64,000 nt of DNA from Pseudomonadota bacterium. GTDB lineage: Bacteria > Pseudomonadota > Alphaproteobacteria > Sphingomonadales > SMXR01. The translations under genes were made by a program, and so were the position numbers. Location of the stretch: contig JADFIA010000001.1 of NCBI GenBank assembly GCA_022566895.1, forward strand, positions 631 to 64,630. The letters run 5' to 3'. Within the stretch, counting starts at the first letter, position 1, and the number at the start of each line of letters is the position of its first letter. The notes below the pieces were generated by a model that made no database searches, was not told where the DNA came from, and saw only the letters and a program-made list of their open reading frames with translations. Positions 48,298 through 59,702 of the stretch are shown piece after piece.

Positions 48298-49002
48298 ATG
48301 CGATTGTTCGAACTTGCAGCCGAAGACCGGGAAATCAGGTTCAGTCCCTTTGTCTGGCGCACCAAGCTGGCGCTGGCCCATAAAGAGTTGGACTACGAGG
48401 CTGTGCCTGTCGGGTTTCTGGAAAAGGAGGCCTTTGCGTCCTCTGGATCGCGAACCGTGCCGGTGCTTGAGGATAATGGCCGGTGGATCGCCCAGTCCTG
48501 GGACATTGCCTGCTATCTTGAGGATCGATACAACGATCGCCCGAGCTTGTTTGGTTCGGCTGAGGGTCGGGCCCTGTGCCGCCATTTGGTCAATACGATT
48601 GATATCACCCTTCTGCCGCGGGTCTTTTTGCTGATTGTGGCCGATATCCCTAAGATTCTGAGCGACGCTGACGCTGCTTATTTTCGCAAAACCCGCGAGG
48701 CGCGAATCGGTTCGCCGCTCGACTCAACCATCGAAAGACGGCCGCGCAATATCGAAAGACTGGCCAAGCTTTTGGTGCCCTTCGAGCGTACATTTTCAGA
48801 GCAACCATTTATCTGCGGAGAAAGGCCGGCCTACGGCGACTATGCTCTTTTCGGTCTGTTTCAGTGGGCCCGCCTGGTAAGCCCGGTCAAGGTCCTGCCC
48901 GAACAAACGATGTTGAGAGAATGGTATCAGCGCATGATAGGTCTATACGATGGCCTGGCGGAGCAGGCCAAAGGGTTCAGGGACATCAAGCCAGGGAAAT
49001 GA
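48298..49002 (+). CDS. Glutathione S-transferase, LigE/beta-etherase-like clade
   Basis: FSPFVWRTKLALAHK, VPVLED, SWDIA.YLE..Y, P.YGDY..FG.FQWAR. Confidence 0.85.
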   Translation: MRLFELAAEDREIRFSPFVWRTKLALAHKELDYEAVPVGFLEKEAFASSGSRTVPVLEDNGRWIAQSWDIACYLEDRYNDRPSLFGSAEGRALCRHLVNTIDITLLPRVFLLIVADIPKILSDADAAYFRKTREARIGSPLDSTIERRPRNIERLAKLLVPFERTFSEQPFICGERPAYGDYALFGLFQWARLVSPVKVLPEQTMLREWYQRMIGLYDGLAEQAKGFRDIKPGK

Positions 49003-49079
49003 ATCCTTGAACCGCGGCCAGTGATTTTTTATTTACTTTGACGGCGCGTTGTTATTGCCCTCGGGAAGGAGTCCGCCAA

Positions 49080-50051
49080 ATGCCGGCCACCCTCGAAGCC
49101 AAATCTCTGGTCAAACATTTTGGTGATTTTGTTGCGGTTGAAAATATCTCCTTCAAATTGAAACAAGGGGAGGTTCTCGGCTTTCTTGGACCCAATGGCG
49201 CCGGCAAGACGACGACGATGAAAATGCTGACCGGCTTTCTCGCCCCGACATCGGGCACCGCCTGGGTCAACGGGTTCGACATTGGGGAGGCGCCGATCGA
49301 GGCCAAACAAAGGATTGGCTATCTTCCCGAAGGGGCACCCATATACGGTGACATGACGCCTTTGGGGTTCTTGCGCTTTGTCGCCGAGGTCCGCAGGTTC
49401 GAAGGGCCGGAAAGGGACGCCGCGGTGGCCAAGGCCGTCGCCACCTTGCATTTGGAGGGCGTTCTCGAGCAGACGATTGAGACTCTATCGAAAGGCTTTC
49501 AGCGCCGGGTCGGATTGGCACAAGCGATTCTTCACGATCCCGAAATTCTGATCCTCGACGAGCCAACCGACGGTCTCGATCCAAACCAAAAGCACGAAGT
49601 TCGTGATTTGATCCGGAAGATCTCGGCCAACAAAGTCATCGTCATCTCGACCCACATTCTCGAAGAGGTGGAAGCTGTTTGCACGCGCGCCATGATTATC
49701 GATCGGGGCAAGGTGGTGGCAGACGAAACACCGCAGCAGCTCAAGCGGCGCTCGGCTTACCACAATGCGGTCAAGCTGAGCCTTGAATCGGTCGATCCGC
49801 AATCGGTCATACGGGCCTTGGAAGCGGCAAGCGGGGTCCAGCGGGTTGAGGCTCACGACACGGCTGGGCGCCTGGAGATAACTGCCTTCCCGATGCAGGG
49901 TCGGTCAATACTGGATGAGGTGAGAGGGGTCGTCCAGGCGGCGGGTTTGCAAATCCTCGAACTCTCTGTGGAATCGGGGCGTCTTAAAGACGTATTCCGC
50001 GAGCTGACACATTCGGATACCGGAGCGGGCTCGGAAGGTTCGGATCGATGA
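49080..50051 (+). CDS. ABC transporter ATP-binding protein (GldA-like)
   Basis: GFLGPNGAGKTTTM, LSKGFQRRVGLAQA, LDEPTDGLDPNQ, STHILEEV. Confidence 0.9.
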   Translation: MPATLEAKSLVKHFGDFVAVENISFKLKQGEVLGFLGPNGAGKTTTMKMLTGFLAPTSGTAWVNGFDIGEAPIEAKQRIGYLPEGAPIYGDMTPLGFLRFVAEVRRFEGPERDAAVAKAVATLHLEGVLEQTIETLSKGFQRRVGLAQAILHDPEILILDEPTDGLDPNQKHEVRDLIRKISANKVIVISTHILEEVEAVCTRAMIIDRGKVVADETPQQLKRRSAYHNAVKLSLESVDPQSVIRALEAASGVQRVEAHDTAGRLEITAFPMQGRSILDEVRGVVQAAGLQILELSVESGRLKDVFRELTHSDTGAGSEGSDR

Positions 50052-50785
50052 GTGGGGTCCTAAGTATTTTCCGGCGCGAGTTCGGGAGTTATTTCGTGAC
50101 CCCCGTGGCGGTCGTATTTATTGTCATCTTTCTTATGCTGGCCGGCATTTTCACCTTCTATATTGGCCAGTTCTACGAACGCGAACAGGCTGATTTGCAA
50201 AGCTTTTTCGTCTATCACCCCTGGCTCTATTTGTTTCTTGTGCCGGCGATATCGATGCGCCTGTGGGCCGAGGAACGCAAGACCGGGACGCTCGAGTTAA
50301 TCCTTACGCTACCCCTGCCGCTGTGGGCCATTGTCGTAGGCAAGTTTCTGGCCGCTTGGGCTTTTACCGGGGTTGCTTTGGCACTGACCTTTCCGATCTG
50401 GATCACCGTTAATTATCTGGGCCAGCCCGATAATGGCGTGATCGTCGCGAGTTATATGGGTAGCTTTTTGATGGCCGGAGGCTATCTCGCGGTTGGGGCT
50501 GCGATCTCGGCGACGACAAAAAACCAGATCATCGCCTTCGTGGTTACGGCTTCGGTCTGTTTTTTGTTTTTGGTCGCGGGACTGCCGATCGTGCTTGACT
50601 TCTTCGAGGAATGGGCCGGGACGACGATTTTGGAGACGATCGCCGGGTTTAGCTTCCTGTCCCATTTCGATTCCGTCCGTGAGGGCCTTATCGATTTTCG
50701 CGATCTGGTATTTTTCGCCAGCTTCATCGGTTTCTGGCTGTTCGTGAATCTGATCATCGTCGAATCCAATCGGGAGGCGGGCTGA
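50048..50785 (+). CDS. ABC transporter permease (GldF-like)
   Basis: RREF.SYF.TP, P.ISMRLWAEERK.GT.EL, GKFLA, TKNQIIAF. Confidence 0.88.
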   Translation: MSGVLSIFRREFGSYFVTPVAVVFIVIFLMLAGIFTFYIGQFYEREQADLQSFFVYHPWLYLFLVPAISMRLWAEERKTGTLELILTLPLPLWAIVVGKFLAAWAFTGVALALTFPIWITVNYLGQPDNGVIVASYMGSFLMAGGYLAVGAAISATTKNQIIAFVVTASVCFLFLVAGLPIVLDFFEEWAGTTILETIAGFSFLSHFDSVREGLIDFRDLVFFASFIGFWLFVNLIIVESNREAG

Positions 50786-50788
50786 GCC

Positions 50789-52669
50789 ATGGGTCCGATG
50801 ACGCGCAAGGCAGAGCATGGCGTACTGGCCGTTTTGGCCATCGTCCTTTTGTTTGCGATCAACATTATTGCCGCCGCCCTGTTCTCGAATTTTCGAATTG
50901 ATCTAACCGAAGAGGGGTTGTTTACGATTTCGGAGGGCACGCGGAATATACTCGAGGATCTTCAGGACCCGATTGAGATCAAGCTTTATTTCTCGCGAAA
51001 GCACGGCACACCTTATGCGTCGTTCCTGCGCTACGGGAAACGCATTCGGGAATTGCTGGAGGAATACGAATCCCTAAGCGGGGGCCATCTCAAGCTTACG
51101 ACCATCGATCCTCAGCCCTTTACGGAGACCGAAGACGAGGCGATGAGGTACGGTCTTAAAGGGCCGGACATCGGGGGCGGCACCAGGCTGTTCCTGGGCC
51201 TTGTGGCCAGCGACGCGACCGACCGCGAGAGTGTCATTGCCGATTTTCCAGAAGCGAGAGAGCGTTTTCTCGAATACGACCTCACGAAAACAATCTATAG
51301 CCTGAACGTTGCACAGCGACCCAAACTGTCCTTGCTGAGCAGCCTGCCCCTGCAATTCGGTCCCGGCGGCCCCCTGGCCATGATCCAGGGACGGGGCCAG
51401 CCCTATTTTCTCTACCAACAGCTCGACCAGTTCTTTGACCTTCATGATTTGGGCGCTGATTTTACGAAAATACCCGAGGACACGGATGTCCTCTTGGTGG
51501 CCCACCCACCGGCTCTTTCCGATGGCCAACTTTATCTGATCGATCAGTTCGTGATGGCCGGCGGCCGGGCCATTTTGCTGGTAGATCCGTTTTCAGAGGC
51601 CGCTGTGGTGGCCGTGGCCACGGCGGCGAATATAGGGGCACCGTCGCCGATTCCAGAAGCGTCCGATCTATCGAGACTGACCGAGGCCTGGGGCCTTAAG
51701 CTTCACCCAGGCAAGGTGGTGGTCGATTTCCGGCTGGCCCAAGAGGTCGACATGGGCGGCGCCGGGCCGCGCGGCGTGCGTGACTATCTTCCTTGGCTCG
51801 CGGTTTCCCGTGAGTTCATCAACCGTGATGATATTGCCACCGGCAGCCTCAACCAGATAAATCTTGCAAGCAGCGGCGCCTTTGAATTGGTCGCGGGGAC
51901 CGGCACCGAGGTCACTCCGTTACTGACCTCTAGCACGGACTCGTCTTTGATCAGTTCGTCCGAAGTCCGGGGAGATCCGGATCCCGATATATTGATGCGT
52001 TTGGCCACGATTGACGACCAAGCCTACATATTGTTTGCAAGAATTTCGGGCCCAGCCCGCTCGGCCTTCGGCGAGACGCCACCGGAGGGCTCTGATGTCG
52101 AACGGCATTTGAGCAGTGCCAAGGGCAGCATCAATGTGATTGTGGGCGCCGACGTTGATCTTTTCGATGACCGATTTTGGGTAGAGTTCGGAGAGGCCCA
52201 CGGGCAGAGATACGCCGCGCCCTTTGCAGATAATGGTGCCTTCTTGATAGGCGCAATTGATCATTTTGCCGGCTCGACCGACCTCATTCAACTGCGCAGC
52301 CGCGGCATCTCCCATCGACCCTTTGATCGGGTCGAGGCCTTGAAACGAAAGGCCGAAGCGCGGTTTCTGGCCGAAGCGCAGGCGCTTCAGAACAAGGTAC
52401 GAGCGACCGAGGCGCGCCTTGAGCAATTGCAGGGCGCCGGTGCGACGGGCTCCGATATTCTAAACCCTGCCCAAGAGACCGAGATTCGGGCCTTTCAGGC
52501 TGAACTTCTGGAAACCCGCCGAGCTTTGCGGGGGGTCCAGCGGAACCTGCGGTCCGATATCGAACGGCTGGGAGCCCGGCTGGCGTTCTTGAATATTGCC
52601 GGTGTCCCGATCCTCCTCGGGCTGGGGACGCTAGCAAATGCCTGGTGGCGCCGGAGGCGGCGCGGATGA
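50789..52669 (+). CDS. GldG-like ABC auxiliary component
   Basis: RIDLTEE.LFT.SEGT, FLEYDLT, IDQFVM.GG, coiled coil and C-terminal TM. Confidence 0.85.
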   Translation: MGPMTRKAEHGVLAVLAIVLLFAINIIAAALFSNFRIDLTEEGLFTISEGTRNILEDLQDPIEIKLYFSRKHGTPYASFLRYGKRIRELLEEYESLSGGHLKLTTIDPQPFTETEDEAMRYGLKGPDIGGGTRLFLGLVASDATDRESVIADFPEARERFLEYDLTKTIYSLNVAQRPKLSLLSSLPLQFGPGGPLAMIQGRGQPYFLYQQLDQFFDLHDLGADFTKIPEDTDVLLVAHPPALSDGQLYLIDQFVMAGGRAILLVDPFSEAAVVAVATAANIGAPSPIPEASDLSRLTEAWGLKLHPGKVVVDFRLAQEVDMGGAGPRGVRDYLPWLAVSREFINRDDIATGSLNQINLASSGAFELVAGTGTEVTPLLTSSTDSSLISSSEVRGDPDPDILMRLATIDDQAYILFARISGPARSAFGETPPEGSDVERHLSSAKGSINVIVGADVDLFDDRFWVEFGEAHGQRYAAPFADNGAFLIGAIDHFAGSTDLIQLRSRGISHRPFDRVEALKRKAEARFLAEAQALQNKVRATEARLEQLQGAGATGSDILNPAQETEIRAFQAELLETRRALRGVQRNLRSDIERLGARLAFLNIAGVPILLGLGTLANAWWRRRRRG

Positions 52670-53748
52670 TGAAGCCGGACCAGCTTCGCAACCTGGCTAT
52701 TGTGACCGCTGTGCTGTTGGTTGGCGCGGTCTGGGTCAGTCTGCGGCCAAACGACGGATCGCCCGATCAACTGCGGGAATCTTCGCTCTTGCCTGGACTG
52801 AGCGGCCGAATCTCCGACTTGGGCCGGGTGGAATTGAAACGAAAGGACGATCGTGTCACGCTCGTCTTGGAGGAAGCAGTCTGGGTCGTCAAAAGCTTGG
52901 GCAATTATCCGGCGGATTCCTCCAAGATCAGAAACCTGGTGCAAGGACTTGTATTGGCCCGGCGGTTGGCTCCCAAATCGTCGAACAGGAATCTGTTCGA
53001 CCGCATGGGGCTGGGTGAGGACGCGACAACGGTTGATCTGTTCAGCACCGACGGGGACCCCATCCTGGCACTGGATCTTGGCAAGCGCCGCCTGCGGTCG
53101 CAGGAAGGGGAGAGCGAAACCTTCGTCTTTATCGAAACCGACGGTCGGGCCTGGACGGCCAAAGGACTGGCCGAAGCAAGCACCGATCCGCTGGACTGGG
53201 TGGAACGAGTTGTGGCCGCGATCAGCGGGGTAAGGATAAGAGAGGTTTCATTGGCGCCTGCGGACGGTGCAAGCTTTCTCCTCTTGCGGCCCCAACCAAA
53301 CGCCGAGACATTGAGCGTAATTACTGCGGATGGTGAGATCAATGACGCCGACGAATTTCGGGCCGAGCGCCTGATGTCCTGGCTCAGCGAGCTGCAACTT
53401 GAGAATCTATTGGCAGCTTCCGAGATTCCCGAACAGGCACTCGAGATCGCTGCCGCGAGTTACACGACCTTTGACGGGCTGGTGATCAAATTGCGCGTGC
53501 TCGAGGTTGCGGGCACAAGCTATGTAAGGCTTGCTGCACATTACGATGAGGCTTTGGTGGCGGCAAAGGCGGGCGAAGCGGTGCCGGCGGGCTCAAGGCC
53601 TGCGGATCAGGAGGCTGATGCTCTTAATCATTTGTGGCAGGGATGGGCCTACAAAATCTCTTCGTCACGCCTTTCGGACCTGCTGGTGAAGTTGCAGATG
53701 CTGGCCCCGCAGTCAATATCGGTACCTGATACCGAGGACGGGGAATGA
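52666..53748 (+). CDS. DUF4340 domain protein
   Basis: N-terminal TM; W.V.....YPAD..KI motif; fourth gene of the Gld-like operon. Confidence 0.75.
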   Translation: MMKPDQLRNLAIVTAVLLVGAVWVSLRPNDGSPDQLRESSLLPGLSGRISDLGRVELKRKDDRVTLVLEEAVWVVKSLGNYPADSSKIRNLVQGLVLARRLAPKSSNRNLFDRMGLGEDATTVDLFSTDGDPILALDLGKRRLRSQEGESETFVFIETDGRAWTAKGLAEASTDPLDWVERVVAAISGVRIREVSLAPADGASFLLLRPQPNAETLSVITADGEINDADEFRAERLMSWLSELQLENLLAASEIPEQALEIAAASYTTFDGLVIKLRVLEVAGTSYVRLAAHYDEALVAAKAGEAVPAGSRPADQEADALNHLWQGWAYKISSSRLSDLLVKLQMLAPQSISVPDTEDGE

Positions 53749-53760
53749 TATCCCAAAATT

Positions 53761-54483
53761 TTAGATAACTGGATCCAGCGCCAGTTTAGCGGCGCCCAGG
53801 ATCGGGCCGTATTCGCCGTCCTGCACAATGATGGCGACGCAATCGGCACCACTTGCAATAATCGGACCGAGGTCGATCGGTAGGATCACTTTGTTGCCGT
53901 CCCACTGGCCCATAATGTCGGACCCGCGAACGACATTGGAATAACGAAGTGATTTGCCACGGTTGTCGCCATTTCGAATGTAGACGATCTCTTCACTTTT
54001 GTACCAGATCACTCGGACTACGGCTTTCCCCCTGGGGGCCTCGCCCTCGATCAAAACCTCGAGGTGCGTTCGATCGCCGCTCAAGGATACTCTCGCCAGA
54101 TCCTGTTCGGCTCGCGCCCTTTCCACCAGCGCCAGAACATCTTTTTTGCGCGAACCGATGACCTGGTGCCGACCGTTGATGATCATTTGCGGAGTGTAAA
54201 CGCCTTTTTGGCCGAATTCTCTATTGTAGTATTCTTGGCGAACAGTGTTTTGGGCGGAGCCGAAGGTATCCTTCCATCCAAGATAGTCCCAGTAATCAAC
54301 CGCCCAACTGAGCGCCAGGATGCTATCGTCCTCGGCCAGTTCATTGAGCACCACATCGGCCGGCGGGCAGGCGATGCAGCCCTGGCTAGTGAATAATTCA
54401 ACGACCACGGGCGGTTCGTCGGCGTGGGCCGGCAAGGCGACCATGCATGCCGCAAATACAGATAATGCAATTTTCCGTATCAT
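53761..54483 (-). CDS. DUF1223 exported thioredoxin-like protein
   Basis: VVELFTSQGC..CPPAD, VDYWDYLGWKDTF, VYTPQ. Confidence 0.88.
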   Translation of the reverse strand: MIRKIALSVFAACMVALPAHADEPPVVVELFTSQGCIACPPADVVLNELAEDDSILALSWAVDYWDYLGWKDTFGSAQNTVRQEYYNREFGQKGVYTPQMIINGRHQVIGSRKKDVLALVERARAEQDLARVSLSGDRTHLEVLIEGEAPRGKAVVRVIWYKSEEIVYIRNGDNRGKSLRYSNVVRGSDIMGQWDGNKVILPIDLGPIIASGADCVAIIVQDGEYGPILGAAKLALDPVI

Positions 54484-54596
54484 GATGCCTATAATTTTAG
54501 GACCATGTGCCCGCCATAACCAATCAACTCGTCTCAAATCCCGATCAACTCCGGTTGAACGCCTCGTCATTGGGGGCCGTGGCCAACACTGCCGGA

Positions 54597-57287
54597 CTAA
54601 CCGTCAGCGGCAAGCCTTCGCAAGACATACTGCAGAATGCCGCCATGGCGGAAATATTCAACTTCGTTTGACGTATCGATCCGGCACAATAAATCGATCC
54701 TCTGTTGTCGGCCGTCCGAAGTATGAATCGTGCAGGTCACGTCCTGGCCGGGCTCAATATTGCCCGCGATGCCAGCGAGGTCGATTACCTCGCTGCCGTC
54801 GAGCCCCAATCCCTGCCAGTCGGCACCATCCTTGAACTGCAAAGGCAGCACACCCATGCCAATGAGGTTCGAGCGGTGAATGCGCTCGAACGACCCGGCG
54901 ATCACAGCTTTGACGCCGAGCAGCAAGGTACCCTTGGCTGCCCAGTCGCGCGACGATCCGGTGCCATATTCCTTGCCGGCCAAAACAACCAGGTCCACCC
55001 CTTCGTCCCTATACTTCATGGCGGCGTCATAGATCGTCATCTGCTCGCCGTCCGGCATATGCCGGGTCCAGCCTCCTTCGGTGCCGGGGGCCATGAAATT
55101 GCGTAAGCGCAGGTTGGCGAAGGTCCCGCGCATCATCACTTGATGATTGCCGCGCCTCGAGCCGTAGGAATTAAAATCCCGACGCTCGACTCCCTGGGAG
55201 ATCAAATATTGACCCGCTGCGGTGTCCGCCTTTATCGCACCGGCCGGCGAGATGTGGTCGGTCGTGATCGAATCCCCGAGCAAGGCCAATATGCGGCAGC
55301 CCTTGATATCGCACAGATCGCCGACTTCCATGGTCATCGATTCAAAGTAGGGTGGATGCCGAATATAGGTGCTGGTCTCGCTCCAGCTGTAAGTTAGACC
55401 CTGCCCGGCGCCGATAGCCTTCCAAACCTCGTCGCCGCTAAAGACATCAGCGTAGCGCTCCGTGAACATCTGCGAGGACACTGAGTTGTGGATGGCCTGT
55501 GAGACCTCGGCGTTCGACGGCCAAATATCCTTCAGGAACACCGGATTGTCTTGGCTGTCATGGCCCAGAGGATCGCGGACCAAATCGATATTCATACTGC
55601 CGGCAAGCGCGTAGGCGACTACGAGGGGCGGCGATGCGAGATAATTAGCCTTGACGTCGAGGCTGATTCTCCCCTCGAAATTGCGGTTGCCGGAGAGAAC
55701 GCTGCAACAAACCAGATCGTTGTCATTGACGGTCTTGGAGATCGCTGGTGCCAGAGGCCCCGAATTCCCGATGCAGGTAGTGCAGCCGTAGCCAACAAGA
55801 TTAAAACCCAGCGCATCGAGATCATCCTGCAGGCCGGCCCGCTCGAGATAGTCGGTGACCACCTTGGATCCCGGGGCAAGCGAGGTCTTGACCCAGGGCT
55901 GAACTTCAAGGCCCTTGGCAAGTGCATTGCGGGCCAATAGCCCGGCGGCCAGCATGACGCTCGGGTTTGAAGTGTTTGTGCAGCTTGTGATCGCCGCAAT
56001 GACGACATGACCGTGGGCAAGCTCGTAGGCCTCGCCATCCACTTCAAAAGCACCCGAATCACCCGGATTCTTACCAAAATCCGTTTCAAGCGAGTCGGCA
56101 AAACTTTGAGCGGCCGACGAGAGCAGGACGGTATCCTGGGGCCGCTTAGGGCCGGCGAGACTCGGCTCGACGGTTGAAATATCAAGCTCCAATTGATCGC
56201 TGAATAGGGGCTCGGACGAATCCGCATGGCGCCACAGGCCCTGTTTCTTGGCGTAGGCCTCGACAAGCTCCACCGTCGCCTCGTCGCGGCCGGTGAACCG
56301 TAAATAGTCGATTGTCGCGCGGTCGATCGGGAAAAATCCGCAGGTGGCTCCATATTCAGGCGCCATATTGGCGATCGTTGCTTGATCGGCCAGCGACAAT
56401 TCGTCGACGCCGGATCCAAAAAACTCGACAAACTTTCCGACGACGCCCCGCTTGCGCAACAAATGTGTAACCGTCAAGACCAGATCGGTGGCCGTGGTGC
56501 CTTCGCGCAAAGCTCCAGTCAGCTTGAAGCCAACGACATCGGGAATCAGCATTGAGATCGGCTGTCCTAGCATTGCCGCCTCCGCTTCGATGCCGCCGAC
56601 GCCCCATCCCAGAACACCGAGACCGTTGATCATTGTTGTGTGGCTGTCGGTGCCGACAAGTGTGTCCGGATAAGCGTAGGTCTTGCCATTCGATTCCGAA
56701 GTCCAGACGGCCTTGGCCAGATACTCGAGATTGACCTGGTGGCAAATGCCGGTGCCGGGGGGCACGACACGAAAGTCGTCGAAGGCCTGTTGGCCCCAGC
56801 GCAAAAATTCGTAACGCTCGCGGTTGCGCTCCATTTCGAACTGGACATTTTGCCGGAACGAATCAGCAGTGCCGAACTTGTCGACCATAACCGAATGATC
56901 GATCACCAGATCGACCGGGCTTAGCGGGTTGATCCTTGCCGGATCGCCGCCAAGGCTGGCCATGGCGTCGCGCATCGCGGCCAGGTCAACAACCGCCGGC
57001 ACGCCTGTGAAATCCTGCATCAAGACCCGAGCCGGCCGGTATCCAATCTCATGGTCCGAGTGTTGCGTGTCTTGCCAATCGACGATCGCTTGGGCATCGG
57101 CGATGGTGACGCTGTCTCCATCTTCATGCCGCAACATATTCTCAAGCAAAACCTTAAGCGAACTGGGAAGTCGTGAGATGTCACCCAACTGCTCCGCGGC
57201 CGCTTTCAGGCTGAAATAACTATAGACCTTGCCGCCGACTTCCATCGTCCGTTCGGTGTTCAGGGAATCTTGGCTGATGCTGGCCAC
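54597..57287 (-). CDS. acnA: Aconitate hydratase A
   Basis: [58 protein letters not shown] start after AAGGAG. Confidence 0.97.
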   Translation of the reverse strand: MASISQDSLNTERTMEVGGKVYSYFSLKAAAEQLGDISRLPSSLKVLLENMLRHEDGDSVTIADAQAIVDWQDTQHSDHEIGYRPARVLMQDFTGVPAVVDLAAMRDAMASLGGDPARINPLSPVDLVIDHSVMVDKFGTADSFRQNVQFEMERNRERYEFLRWGQQAFDDFRVVPPGTGICHQVNLEYLAKAVWTSESNGKTYAYPDTLVGTDSHTTMINGLGVLGWGVGGIEAEAAMLGQPISMLIPDVVGFKLTGALREGTTATDLVLTVTHLLRKRGVVGKFVEFFGSGVDELSLADQATIANMAPEYGATCGFFPIDRATIDYLRFTGRDEATVELVEAYAKKQGLWRHADSSEPLFSDQLELDISTVEPSLAGPKRPQDTVLLSSAAQSFADSLETDFGKNPGDSGAFEVDGEAYELAHGHVVIAAITSCTNTSNPSVMLAAGLLARNALAKGLEVQPWVKTSLAPGSKVVTDYLERAGLQDDLDALGFNLVGYGCTTCIGNSGPLAPAISKTVNDNDLVCCSVLSGNRNFEGRISLDVKANYLASPPLVVAYALAGSMNIDLVRDPLGHDSQDNPVFLKDIWPSNAEVSQAIHNSVSSQMFTERYADVFSGDEVWKAIGAGQGLTYSWSETSTYIRHPPYFESMTMEVGDLCDIKGCRILALLGDSITTDHISPAGAIKADTAAGQYLISQGVERRDFNSYGSRRGNHQVMMRGTFANLRLRNFMAPGTEGGWTRHMPDGEQMTIYDAAMKYRDEGVDLVVLAGKEYGTGSSRDWAAKGTLLLGVKAVIAGSFERIHRSNLIGMGVLPLQFKDGADWQGLGLDGSEVIDLAGIAGNIEPGQDVTCTIHTSDGRQQRIDLLCRIDTSNEVEYFRHGGILQYVLRRLAADG

Positions 57288-57452
57288 GGACGCTCCTTCC
57301 GGGTTCGACCTCTTATGGCCCTTTTCGACCTCCCATCTCAAGCGAAAAGACCGCTGCCGGAAATCACAATATCGCCGCAATGGTGGCCAAATTCCCCCCC
57401 ATTTTACTGTTTGAGTGAGTCTTAAGGAAGGGCGATCGGTAGGAGATGTCAA

Positions 57453-59702
57453 ATGTCGTTCTTCCGCAACCTTGAACCCCGCAGCCGTCGGATCGTTTTC
57501 CTTGCCACGCTCGCATATCTAGCCAGCGTCGTTTTGCTTCTGGTTCTCGCCCGCACCGCGCAGGCTACCCCCTCAACGTCTCAGACCGCTGGCGCCGTGC
57601 GCTCGGAGATTATCATGATCGGTGGCAAAGAGGGTCAGCTGTTCCGAGCGCCTCTGCAATCGACCGAGGTCGAAATTTTTGTTAGTGGCATGTTGGCCAG
57701 AATCCGGGTCCGGCAGACCTATTACAATCCGCTTGATGAGTGGATGGAGGGCGTCTACGTCTATCCGTTGCCTGAAAAGGCGGCGGTCGACCGGCTGACC
57801 ATGATCATTGGTGAGCGCAAGGTCCAGGGGGTGATCAAGGAAAAGGAAGCGGCCAGAAGAGCCTACGAAAGAGCCAAACAGAGCGGCCGGCGCGCCAGCC
57901 TGGTATCCCAGGAACGGCCGAATATTTTCACGACCGAAGTGGCAAACATCGGCCCCAAAGACAAGATCGTTATCGAGATCGAATATCATGAGGTCTTGAA
58001 GTTTGATGGTGCATCCTTCGCGTTGCGCTTTCCAATGGTCGTGCGCCCAAGGTTCAACCCCGGTGCGCCGATCATAAACCGGTCCCCGTCAGGCACCGGT
58101 TGGTCGCCCGATACCACTCAGGTTCCCGACGCCAGCCGTATCACGCCGCCGATCCTCGATCCCGAGCTGGGACTGATTAATCCGGTTCGCATCAGCGTTT
58201 TCCTCGACGCCGGGTTTCCGCTCTCGGAGGTGATCTCGAGCTATCATCCGATTGTTGTGATCAGAGAAGGCAACGGCAGAGCCGAAATACGACTTAAAGA
58301 GGGCGAAGTTCCGGCCGACCGGGATTTTGTGCTGCGTTGGGCCCCGAAGCCCGGCAAGGCGCCCTTCGCCGGCGCTTTTAGCCAGATAATTGATGACCAA
58401 GCCTACCATTTGATCATGATCGTGCCACCAACCAGCATCTCGACGCAGGAAGTCAAAGCCCATATTCCACGCGAGCTTGTCTATATTATCGACGTCTCGG
58501 GCTCGATGGCTGGCGATGCGATTCGCGAAGCCAGAGCAGCACTTGAATATTCCCTCGATCGGCTGCGGCCCGGTGATCGCTTTAATATTATCGCCTTTTC
58601 AAGCAATGCGCGGGCGCTTTGGGCTGATGCGCGGGCATTCGATGGCAACAGCCTCGCCGAAGCCAAGGGGTTCATCCAGGCGCTCGAAGCTAACGGCGGC
58701 ACCAATATGGCCTCGGCGCTTGAGATTGCGCTCAATGGCCGGACCGGTCTAGAGCACCTCAGACAGATCATTTTCATCACTGACGGCGCGGTTGGAAACG
58801 AAGAGGCATTGTTTCAGATGATCCACCGGGGTCTTGGAGACAGCCGCCTGTTTACGGTTGGCATCAGCGCTGCCCCGAACAGCTTCTTCATGTCCGAGGC
58901 GGCCGAGATCGGCCGTGGCACCTATACATTCATCGGCGCCATGGACGAGGTCGAAGAGCATATGGATGCCCTGTTCCAGCAGATCGCCTCACCGCTTTTG
59001 ACCGATATTGAAGTGATCTGGCCGCAGGGCATTGAAGCGGTCGCCTATCCGGACCCGATCCCCGATCTTTATGCCGGTGATCCGGTCATTTTTGCAGCCC
59101 GCACTCCGGTTGGCGCCATAGGTAAGATCGAATTGAAGGGCCGGACAGCCGGCGCCCCTTGGTCGGCAACGGTGACGATTGAGGCTGCCGACCGGGCCGG
59201 AGTTGCGAGCCTTTGGGGACGCGCCAAAATCCTCGAGCTGACCCGGGCTGCACGCCGCAATTACACTTATGGCGGCTCAGAATTCAAAGCCGCGGTGGTC
59301 ACGGTTGCCTTGAAGCACCAGCTGGTCAGCCAGTATACGAGCCTGGTGGCAATCGATACCGAAGTGGTGCGGCCGCCGTCCGAAAAGCTGATTAAGGGCC
59401 CGGTACCGACGAATCTGCCATCCGATATGGACCCGGCTTTCCTCAAGGGCCAAATGCCGGATGCCAGCAGTCTCTTCGACCGGACCCTGATGTCAGCGCC
59501 GGTGCTGCAAAAGGAAGCGGCCCTGAGCAGGGCAGCGCGCCTCCGGGCGGCGGTCGGTCGGGCGATTCCACAGTTGGCCCTGCCCAGCACGGCGACGGCG
59601 TCTGAACTGAAAGTGCGAATCGGTCTGTTGATCATTCTCTTCTCGATGGCGCTGATCATCTGGCTGACCTGGCGCGGCCAGCGCCGGCGCCGGCGCATAT
59701 GA
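57453..59702 (+). CDS. Marine proteobacterial sortase target protein (VIT + vWA, LPxTA sorting signal)
   Basis: Signal peptide; VIT (YVYPLP..AAV, QERPNIF); vWA MIDAS DVSGS/GGT/TDG; C-terminal LPSTAT, TM and RRRRR tail. Confidence 0.9.
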   Translation: MSFFRNLEPRSRRIVFLATLAYLASVVLLLVLARTAQATPSTSQTAGAVRSEIIMIGGKEGQLFRAPLQSTEVEIFVSGMLARIRVRQTYYNPLDEWMEGVYVYPLPEKAAVDRLTMIIGERKVQGVIKEKEAARRAYERAKQSGRRASLVSQERPNIFTTEVANIGPKDKIVIEIEYHEVLKFDGASFALRFPMVVRPRFNPGAPIINRSPSGTGWSPDTTQVPDASRITPPILDPELGLINPVRISVFLDAGFPLSEVISSYHPIVVIREGNGRAEIRLKEGEVPADRDFVLRWAPKPGKAPFAGAFSQIIDDQAYHLIMIVPPTSISTQEVKAHIPRELVYIIDVSGSMAGDAIREARAALEYSLDRLRPGDRFNIIAFSSNARALWADARAFDGNSLAEAKGFIQALEANGGTNMASALEIALNGRTGLEHLRQIIFITDGAVGNEEALFQMIHRGLGDSRLFTVGISAAPNSFFMSEAAEIGRGTYTFIGAMDEVEEHMDALFQQIASPLLTDIEVIWPQGIEAVAYPDPIPDLYAGDPVIFAARTPVGAIGKIELKGRTAGAPWSATVTIEAADRAGVASLWGRAKILELTRAARRNYTYGGSEFKAAVVTVALKHQLVSQYTSLVAIDTEVVRPPSEKLIKGPVPTNLPSDMDPAFLKGQMPDASSLFDRTLMSAPVLQKEAALSRAARLRAAVGRAIPQLALPSTATASELKVRIGLLIILFSMALIIWLTWRGQRRRRRI

